DNA of 64,000 nucleotides from Nymphaea colorata (lineage: Eukaryota), in the NCBI RefSeq assembly GCF_008831285.2, contig NC_045138.2, forward strand, positions 6,200,001 through 6,264,000. Reading direction: 5' to 3'. Positions 53,391-64,000 of this stretch are shown here, piece by piece (position 1 is the stretch's first letter; every line of letters starts with the position of its first letter). Both the position numbers and the translations under genes were made by a program. The notes beneath the pieces are model-generated. The model made no database searches and had not been told where the DNA came from. It saw only the letters and a list, made by a program, of their open reading frames with translations.

Positions 53391-53797
53391 TCTGCTAAAA
53401 GTTCTTCCTCATCATCGTCACCATCGTCAGTTGCTGTATTCAGGTAAACCCTAATTTTTCTATTTTGTGCTAGCACTCTGTGCAGCTGGGTCTTTTATGA
53501 TTGCCTTCATTCTCTCACACTGCCCTTCTCTTTCTTGGATCAAATAGTTCCAGATTTTCCATATCGACCTGAGAATTGGAGGGATTTCTAGCCATTGGTT
53601 GGATCGTACCTAGCTCATTCCCCTTTTCCTGTTTTTCTGGAACCGTTTGATCCAAGAAAGAGGAGGGCAATGTGAGAGAAAGAAAGCAAGTAGAAAACCC
53701 ATATGTACTGAGTACAGGCAAAAAATGGAGAAATTAAGGTTTACTTGATTACAAAAACTGACGATGGTGATGATGATGAGGGAAAACTTGTAGCAGA
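53391..53797. repeat. HP1 inverted repeat, copy 3 (arms 53391-53554 / 53636-53797)
   Basis: Same arm pairing as copies 1 and 2. Confidence 0.9.
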
Positions 53798-54009
53798 GAA
53801 GGACATTTTATTTTGAGGCTCGCGTTCAAGGTGTTGGGGCATTTCCAGGAAGGATGACTTTTTGTTCTTCTTGGACAGAATGATGCTTTGTCGTCATTTG
53901 TTTTCTAGCCAGAAATGTTTAATTGTTAAAGATGTGAAAGTAATTTCCATCAGAAAATGAAAAAAGAGTAATTGCCTCAGACATTCTAATTGTTAAAGAT
54001 CTGAAAGTA

Positions 54010-55400
54010 AGTTCCAACAAAAAATGCAATACCAAATTAAAAACCGCTCTGTTCTGATTAGCAGAAGGCTTTCAAACACATTTGAGGACCAAACATCTTG
54101 TAAATGGATAAAAAACAAGGCTTAGCGCAACTTCGTCAAAGAAAAACAATGCACAATCTTCAAATGAAACTTCCCAATTACTCAAGTTTTAGCCTAATGT
54201 GACTATGGGGTGTGTGTGTGTGTTTGAGAGAGAGAGATAGAGAGAGAGAGAAATGAGGTGGAGGTGGCCACCGCAAGAGAAGGAGCATCAGATCATCAAT
54301 GGCCATGGTGGGGAGACGTAATGTAATGTCTTCTTGTCATTCGCAGTGTTATCTCCTTCGTTATTCAAGCCCTCCTCCTCTTTTTGTGTGCATGTGATTG
54401 TCTATTTGATAAGAGCGGCCCTTGCCAACAACATTTCGGAGAGAAAAGGGCATGTCCTCTGCTTTCTGTTTTCTCTCTTCTTTCTTCATTTATATATTTT
54501 TCCATTCTCTTTCCTTCGTACTTTTTCTCTTATTCCTTTCTCCCTCCCTCTCTCTTCCTTCTTGTTGTTCAAGGGGATAATAAGCAATGGCATAATAGGA
54601 AACACCTCATATTAAGCATGGTGTTGAGTTCCTCTTAAAATCTTTTTTTCTCTTGTTCAGCTCCCCTTTTTCTCTATTTCTTTTTTGCTATTTCATTATT
54701 CCTTCTCTCTCTAACGCACATGATATATATACATAGTGAGAGAGAAATAGGTAGAAGGAATACAAAAAGAAATAGAAAACGTGGCTCAAAAAGATAGAAA
54801 AGGTCATAAAGTGGTCACTGCAGCATGCATAACATGAGGTCCCTACGAGACCATTGCTCATTGTCTCCTTAAGCAAAGAGAGAGAAGAGAGAGAGGGTGA
54901 GAAATGAATTAGAGAAAAAATACGAAGGAAAGAGAACACAAAAAAATATGAAGACAGAAAAGCAGAAGAATGAGAACAAAAAGAAGAGGACGTGACCTTC
55001 TCTCTCAACTGCTGCCAACAAGTGGCACTATTCTCACACAAATGCACATAAACAGAAACAGGAGGAGGGCCAAAGTACTGGGGGAGAGAATAGTGCTAGT
55101 GCTGAGGAATCATCCTCTTTCCCTGTTGTGGCTGTTGATGATCTGGCAATCCTTCTCTCTAGGTACCCACTTCCACCTCCTCATGTCTTTCTCTCACTCT
55201 ATGTCACTCTCGTTAAGGAAAAAATAGGGTTATTTGGGAGCTTTATTCAAAGAACGCCTACTGTTTTCCTTCGACAAAGTTGCAATAAGCCTTGTTTTCG
55301 ACCCGTTTTCGAGTTGTTTGATCCTTCAATGTTTTTGAAAATCTGTTAGTAATTAGAGTAGAGTATTTTTAATTTGGTTTTGAGTTTTCTTCTGCAGAAA
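54010..55400. repeat. HP2 inverted repeat, longest copy (~700-bp imperfect arms, centre ~54728)
   Basis: Outer pairs: ACCAAATTAAAAA with TTTTTAATTTGGT; AAAACAAGGCTTAGCGCAACTTCGTC with GACAAAGTTGCAATAAGCCTTGTTTT; plus the inner pairs seen in copy 1. Confidence 0.85.
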
Positions 55401-58368
55401 TTGTTGTGACATTGTATCCCTAAGGAAGTTGGCACAGTAGAAGGGGTAGATGTTGGTAGATTACTCCATTGGTTATTCACGGGTTATCAACTTCTTGTGT
55501 TGCAAAAAGTGGATACTGATATCCAAATTGAAGCATAACATACGTGTATGTGCATCAAAAGTAGGTCTGGTACCTAGGGAAGATGGTGGCTTGTCTCTCT
55601 TGTTAAGCGGCATGATAAACTACTCCTCCTACTATTCAACAAATTACTGTGAAGTTTTACTCTGCCCAAGGCAGTTGCTCTCTTTCCATTCATTGAACCC
55701 ATACCACGTGCACCACATCATTTTCAGCTCATTTCAACATAACCTTAATAAGTGATGCAAACTCCTATGTTGACCATCTCCATGCCTTCTTAATTAAAAT
55801 GTTCACCACTCCATTCTATCATGCAAGACTAAAGGCCTTATGCATATGACAAATCATGGAGCAAACTTTATGAAAGAAGGTGCCAGGATTGCAGAAAATT
55901 TTAAATATGAAAAGACGATGTCCTGACCACTGGATGAAAGGGACCACAAATCCATTCTTCATATAACAAACCTCCGCTCCAAGAATAGAAGCCAGTGGTA
56001 CGTTTTTGTTTCTGTATGTAATTCCATCTTTCGTTTGTGTTCATGTTGGTGATTTCTGATGGGAATGAAGCAGGACGTCCCCCCGGTTCCCCCCACCAAC
56101 CAAGTGAGACACCAACCACGCCCCTTCCCTTTCTCCGATCATCAAGCCCCCTTATCCCTTTCTTTTTCTTTCATCCCCCCATCCCGTTCTTTCCAATTGA
56201 ACAAAAAAAGGAAGCCCAGGATGTTTGTTTGAAGTGGCGAAGGGAGAGAAAGTACGAAAAAAGTAAGTATGTTGTTTGATTGGTGCCCCCACTATGGAAG
56301 GTAAAGTTGAGGAGTGTGGCTAGAAAGAAACAACTGAAGGGTCATCAAATGGAGAAGTGTAAAGTGGGATTTAGGTTACCGAGGCATATCTGATATATAA
56401 TATTATATTGTTCTATTGCATAGCATAGTATATGTCATATAGTTAATTTGTACATAAATACATGTAATGTGTCCCTTAAATAAATACATGTAACTTATAC
56501 ATAAAAAATCATGTTGTAAGTAAGATGTATACTCAAATCTAATAGAAAGAAAGTATAACGCTAAAATAACAAAAAAAAAAAACACATCATGCAAAAGGCA
56601 TGAACCATATATCATATAAAATAAAATTCTTTAAGTTCACAAGCCTGTGATTCATAGAACTTGAGAACACCCTCAGCACACAAAGTAGGCTACTAGGATT
56701 TGTCCTCCATCAATCCAATTTAAAGAAAAAAAATATCTATAGGCAGGAAAGACATTGAAACTTAACCTTTTATGCGACACTGCATGTATAAGTAAAAAAG
56801 CTCATGTCTCGATGTAGTGATAATAAAGATGGCAATTTTAGATTCTAATATTATTATTAACGTTGGATGTTGCCTTACATTTAGCACTACCAACTGTACA
56901 ATCCAATGTTTGATAATTCATATCTAAGTTTTGCAAACTTATGCTTTTGCTATATTTGAGAGAATGTATAGGGTTGGCTTGAAGACCTCATATTCACCAT
57001 GGTTTCAAAACTTGGATGTCATAAACTTATAAAATAGTAAATATAGTGATAGCACTATGGTGAGAAATGATTACAGTTTGGAAGTTATACATGAGTAAAA
57101 AGACTCATGCATTGAAGTATTCAATAATAAAGATGAAAATTTTAGGTTTTAATATTAATCATAGCCTTGAATGCTACCTAAATTATCACTAACAACTGTA
57201 CCTTCCAAAGTTCAAGTAATTGCATTCAAGGTTTACAAGTTCGTTTTGCTTGAGAACTATAATTAATGGAATGACCCCTAATCTCTACTATCAATTGAAA
57301 ACTTGGATTAAAAAAGAGAGATGTTGTTTGCATTCCAAAATTTATTTCGGTTTTGAAGTGTTCAGCAATGTAAAGTTTTATTTTTGAAACAAGAGAGAAT
57401 AGGGACTCGCCTGTCGGTACGACGATTGGTCATTCTTGGTGCCTTTACTAGGGGTAACCAACCCAAGGGCTATGCTTATTCTTGATGCATTCATTTGTAC
57501 ATAAATATCTTCTCCATTCTAAATGTGTGTAGTGTTTGAAAATTTTGAAGATTTAATATTTCAAACCTTTGGATGAGAAAATATTGAAGAGTCATTTGAA
57601 AATATAAGTCATTTTGATTTGAGAGTTTTTTGTATAAAAAAACATTTGAAAATATTATTTGAAAATCTTTGGAAGATAATGCGAGTATTTTAAAGACTGC
57701 TTTTCAAAATCGATTTAGTGTTCTCTAAAGAACTGAAGTAGGTTTATGATTTTGCTCTAATTCGGGTACTACCTAACTAGAGCTCCATCTTATCTTCCTT
57801 ATGTTTTTTTATAAAGGTTCTTGTGATCATTCGTGAATTTCACAAGTGAATGTGAATGCATGAATGCTTTGGTTCTATATGTTTTAAAGAAAATTATTCA
57901 TTCATACCATATCATTCATCTAAGAATCTCCCTATCATCACACACATGGAGAATTATTTTCATATTTGTCCTAAATATTCTCATGAAAAGAAAACAAAAT
58001 GATTTGAAAGTGTGGTTGTAAACCATCAAACATGATTCTAATATTGGGTCAGTACTTAAGTTTTGGTTTTAATGAAATCGATAAATGAAAATTAAAATCT
58101 TATAATCATGTATGAGTGTGTGCATAAAATTGAATATCCAAAAGAATGAAAAAAGGAATAGAAAAGATTTTCAGTCAAGAGGAATAGAGAAAAGGAGAAA
58201 GAAATTTTGAAAAGAATGAAAGAAAAATTTTAAAGAAAGAGCAAGGGATGTATGTGTCTATGTATAAAAAATTGTATGTATATTTATATATATATATATG
58301 AAAATTTTATAGAAGGAAGATTTTTAATCTAAGAGAAAAGACTTTAGATAGAGAGACATAGAGAAATA

Positions 58369-58408
<40 letters not shown>

Positions 58409-61400
58409 TGAAAGTTTGTAAAAAGGTGTTAACTTGAAGAAAGGTAGAGAGAGATTCTAGAGGGAGAAAGTGGGATACACATATATATTTGTTTATATGT
58501 ACATATATATATGAGAATCTATAAAAGACAAAGAGAGAGAAGGATAAAGAGAGATTCAATTTTCATGTATACGTTTACAACATGTATATACGCAAATACA
58601 TATATGAAGACAAAAATCAAGAGATAACTTGGAGCATATCCGAGTTCGATTTTTCTATGTAGGCGGAGAGGAAATTGGGCTCATGCAAAAGCTTAGGCTA
58701 AGTCTCTAAGGCCTCATTGAAGAGGGTTCTTATTTTCGACATTCTTTTGAAAACACGATTCTAAATATTTTCATACAAGTATAAAACAAAAGTCATTTCG
58801 TAAACTACAAGGAAATTTATTTCTTCCACCATTAGATAGGTGAGAAAATCAAGCACACACGAAATAAAAAGTTAATAACCTATGACCTCTAATCGGATTA
58901 TTAAAAGAATGCTAAACGTAAGAATGTCTTGTAGATGCACTTTAACATGTGTGCATTTGTAAGGGGTTTTCCTGGCTTGGACAAATCCTAATCTCAAAAA
59001 TCAACATAATAACAAAAAAATCTCAATCCAAGCACTCATGTTTTTTATTCATTCGCATAATAATTGAAAATTCAATAAACTACCTCTGAAAGCACAACAC
59101 ACATCCAAGAGAAGAGAAAAACATATTTTGATCCTAGAATGAAATTTTATTTCACCTTACTCATGCTCTCGGTGTATTCAAGAATAGTTCTTGACTCCGG
59201 AGAGGAGATTTGAGAGTCATCTAATATGACCATGGGGAGAAAGATGGGGGAAAGAAAGATTAAGAAAAGGATTGGGATATTGACTATTATTTCTAATGAG
59301 AATGATTTTAGAAAACGAGTCTTTAGAAAACGCGTCTCCTTCTTCAGATTATCCTAAAGCTTCCTCGAATGAAGATCTAAGGTATTGAAGATGTCACTTT
59401 GAGAGGCCTCCTCTTGCTCCCTTGAAGAGTGGAAGTTAGTAAAGTTTGCCCAAGGTTAGAGAATCAGAAGAAGATGAGAGGAAAGAAGTAGAGAGAAAGC
59501 TATGATAAAAACTCTTATGTCATCAAATGAAAAAACACTAGAGGTTTACCCAAATGTTAGCTCATGCTGAAGAGAGAAGAATTTGGATGCATTTATGGGA
59601 GTTTCGGAGTCAAAACTCAAATTTGATTTTTTATTAATTTAACAACATTTTCATGCAAACTCTATGTATTTTCGAATTATTTTATTTTTTATTTTAAATA
59701 GGTCTTGACTAAATGGGATTAGCCCTTAAACCTACAAATACCCCTTTGGGGGTGTTGGCAGGGCTAGTGCTCACCCAACAGACCAAAACCACCACAAGGG
59801 GGTTGTTTCTAAGTGCATGCATGCGAGAAAGAGGGGGTGGGCTGGGGGGGGGGGGTTGGAACGCCATCCTTATTGGCTCATTTTGGACCAATAAGAGGTT
59901 GCTTTTGCCCTTAGCTTCCAAGGTGGTCCCTCACATAAAAAAAAAAAAATTTAAAACACATATTTGAAAGCGCAAAATAGTCTTTTGTTACAAACAGGTC
60001 TGACTTCATTTTGGTTGGTTCTGGGCTAGTTTTGGAACCAGATTGGGTTTCCTTGGTGGCCAATGAATTTTAGTTGACGTCCACGGCTTGGACCAAGGAT
60101 TAGATGAGTGGTTTTGGCTCAAAACATGTTTTTATAATTTTTTTTTTGGTGCAAAATTGAGACGTAAAAACAAAGGTAAGGTCATGCATACACTTTGCCC
60201 TTGATTTTGGATTTTGAGTTAGAATTCTTTATTTTGACTTTGGATTTTGAGTTAGAATTCTTTATTTGGATCCAAAGTTTGGTTTTTTATGGGTCCGTTT
60301 TCCTAGTTTGGACTTAATTTCGTTTGTGGGGTCAACTATGGACTTTGGCTTTGTATTTTGGATCAAGGTGTGTTATTTAAATCTAGGACATGGATTTGGA
60401 TCCTAATCTTGATTTAAAGTTGAATTTTGGATTTAAATCATACATTTGGATTCAGATATGGGTCTAGAGGTTCATTTTGGATTGAATCATCAAGAATTGG
60501 ACTTGGATATGGCAATAGAAGTTTGTCTTGGATCTTGGAAAGAAATTTGAATTTGGATACAAATTTAGAAGTTTGTTTTGGGTTTAGCTTGGACTCGGGG
60601 TTCAAAATTAGACCCAAATCATTGTAAAGATGGTTGAAATAACCAAGAATCTTGTTTGAATGAAATACAGTCTTTTGAAATAAAATTGGGGTGATAATAG
60701 ATGCAGTACTAAAACAACTGTAATTAAATCAACTTTGGAATCTCTAGGTATAGATAAAAAAAAACCATATCTTGATGTATTCTGGAAAGTGGATGTCTAT
60801 TTCTTGTGTTATTATTGACATTGTATGTTGCTTAACATTTAATACTACCAATTGTACATTCAGGAGTTTAGAGTGTTTGAATCTAAGTTTCATACCTATG
60901 CTTGCAGTTTATTTGAGACAATAAACTAGGAAAAGGACCTCTCATATACATCATTATTCCAAAGCTTTCATGCCATAGATGTATATATAAAATGGGAGAT
61001 ATAGTGCCAACACTAGGGCAACAAATGATTTAGATTTAAGAGTTATAGGTGAAAAAGCTCATGTGTTAATGTATTCAATAACAAGGACGATAATTTTATG
61101 TATTAACATTAATGCAATCGTTGGATCCCACCTAAATGTGGCATTAACAGTTGTATGTTCCAAAGTCATGAGAGCCTTTCAAATTTTTTCCTAATTTAAA
61201 CTTGTGATTTACTTGAGAGAGTATAGTTGGTGGAAAGACCCCTTATATCCACAATTGTCTAAAACTTACACATAAAGTAGGAGATATGGTGTCAAAGATT
61301 CCCGCAATTGATTCAAATTTAGGAGTCATATGTAGAAGCAAAAATTCTCGTCTCCTAATGTATTCCATAACAAGGATGGGAGTTTTAGATTTAATATTAA

Positions 61401-61990
61401 TGTTGTCACTGGATGCTGCCTAAATTTAATGCTAGCATTGATACATTTCAAAGTCTGTATTAGTATTTAAATTTCTAATTTAAGTTTATGTTTTATTTGG
61501 GAGAGTATAGTTGATGGAAATAAAGACCCCTCATGGCTTCATGGCCTCATCCACTTTGCCTTGTATGCCTTCATGGCTTCAAATCATGGTCAGGTCTTCC
61601 TATTTCATAACAAGGCAGAATTGAAATCTTGGAGGATCATAAGAAATCTTGGTTTACCTTGCTTATGTCTATGCCTGTTTCCCTTTCTAGTTCATCAATC
61701 TCCCTGACACACTCGCATGAACTTCACTTGCTGCGTGTACCAATACAACTCTTCTTTACCATTAGGGTTGCACATGAGCCGAGTCAAGGTTGATCTCAGT
61801 CAGCTCGACACTACTCAACACATACTTAATTTGCTTGGCTCGACCTTGAGCAGTGAGTCAAGTTGTATAAGGTCAGGTTCAGCTGGACTTGATAGGCTGG
61901 GTCCCAGCTAGAGCTCGACTTGTTTAAGCTCATTTACCAACTCGACAACTGTCATTTCACTTGATCTATTTCCTTTATTTTAAGTTTAGA

Positions 61991-62024
<34 letters not shown>

Positions 62025-64000
62025 ATACTCAAGTTCATGTAGTTTGAAATTGACTAATTTAGAAGCTCGAGTTTACTGAGTGAGTTCAAGTCAAGCTCGA
62101 GTTGGCTCGACTCATTATATATCACGACTCAATGCCAATGATACGTGTGGGAGCATGGTGAAATCAACTAAATATCTGAATGACATTCAGCTCCTCAACA
62201 ATGGAAGGAGAGTTACTCTGGTTGAGAATGTCTACTGGAGAATGTCACCCATCAATTCAATTAAGAGATTTCTTTACATGCTAGTTCCTATCCCAATTGA
62301 TTACCAAAGATAGAGAAAAATACTCATTTTCCGAAATTTACATAAACTTACTTCTATTGAGTATTGTTTTGCATCTCATAAATCCTTTCTTAAGAGATGG
62401 AACCGATGCCCTTTCCAAAAACTGTTTATCCTCATTGGCACAAAGGCAGTAACTAATGAAATCCTAGATTTTAGTGCACCGATTATGTGACAAATTAATT
62501 TATGTGGAGTAACCATTATGCACATAAAATAAATTGTGTGGTTTCTACGTGGGCAAGCCACACCAAGCTCTGCCATTATGCTAATTTATAATAAGTTGAT
62601 GCGCAGCATAATATATGACACTTAACTTATGGATTTATAGAAGAACGTAAGACTTAGTTGTTAAAGCATATATACTCAACATGAAGGTTGTTCGGATTAT
62701 CTCACATTTGCTTCTGTAGCCAGATTCATTAAAAATTGGGAAATATTTTCTCTCTATTGAAGGAAGGAACTAAGAGTTGGTGACTTCAAATGGATATTGT
62801 CAATGTCTTTCTTCATAGGGTATCTTCAATGGGGTAGAGATTGATATGCAAATTGAATAAGCTGTTGCACTGACTTAAATAAGGTCGTTGGAATTGTTGG
62901 GTGAGCAAGAAGAATATTATATCATACCGCACCAAACAAGAGAAACAATACCCCCACCCTTCCCCCATCCCCCAGAGTACCAGGTCTGCTTTCGGTGGTG
63001 AATTAATATACAATTTAGTGATACATAAAAGGTAATATTAAGAACAATATAATTACCTAGTTAAAAAGTGTTCACTTCAAGTATTTATTCAACAATTTTC
63101 ATGAAAAGAATGACCCTTATTAATATTTCCCTTCTTAAGTTATAAGCCAAAAGTAATCCCAGAAAAACATAAATTTTCTTGTAACAAATTTATATCTGAT
63201 TAAAGTAATAACCATATTTATTCAAGTGTATCCGGTATAGATTCTCTGTCACTAGATAAGATGATATTCTTGTATATGCGGTATAGATTCTCCGATCCAA
63301 ATACGATTCGTTAGCATTCGGGTTATACAGCACCTCATGAATTTTAAAATCACATATTCTCGAGTTGTTCTAGTCCAACTTTGTTATAAACATGTAATCC
63401 ATATTGTTAATTCGATGAGAATCAACATACAAATTCTGAAATATATCTATATAAAGCTAAACAATATTAAATAAGACATTTTCTCAATGCAAAAAGCATA
63501 TTAAGTATTTCAAATGTAGATTTTAAATCGAATCTACAATAGATTCTTTCATGAACTATGGATTTTACCGGGATCTTTTGTCATATCAGCAAAAATATGT
63601 CAGATTAAATCAACGCCTAATCGATATATCTTAAATTTGAAGTAATCAAACTCCTCTTAGCCTAGTGTTTACTTCTTGAGGCATGTTTTATGCCTTGAAC
63701 AACTTTGGTAATGATGACTTTCAACCTAGGTAACTTCTCCCAGATTTTCAGGTAGACATCTAAACGTGTGACTAAAATCCATAAAAATTGTTCACTTCCA
63801 TTTTAAAAAGAGGAGTGACCATGTAGGAAAAGAATAACCTTCATAGAATCAAACAACAAGAAAATAAATGTCATTTTTTTGTGAATAATTAGGAAAACTT
63901 ATTTTACATCAAAAAATACAAATAAAAATGTTCTATGTTTTATCAAACGAAGCTTATAGTTAGTCATATTTAAATTTGATAAAAACAACTTCAAGTTCAA

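Overview
Plant nuclear DNA (spliceosomal introns, Ty1/copia and L1 relics, Arabidopsis-type telomere repeats); the species cannot be fixed from sequence alone. The only clearly intact gene is the first two exons of an organelle-targeted GidA/MnmG tRNA-modification gene on the minus strand (1244-218), which runs off the left edge. The remaining ~60 kb is a gene-free block built from overlapping segmental duplications (~10.6-23 kb ~ 53-64 kb; ~31.4-38.2 kb ~ 47.7-54.3 kb; ~19.4-24.6 kb ~ 40.6-44 kb). It contains degenerate copia and LINE elements, four families of long inverted repeats (fold-backs), and three copies of a captured PsbQ terminal exon sitting behind an unidentified exon-like segment. 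It also shows several double-strand-break repair scars: a 23-unit mixed TTTAGGG/TTAGGG array exactly at a duplication junction, templated filler DNA at deletion junctions, and two ends of one copia insertion (matching CCCTT target duplication) now 28 kb apart in swapped order. Best hypothesis, which is inference: an amplified, palindrome-rich fragile locus that may produce hairpin-derived small RNAs. All alignments and identities were judged by eye.
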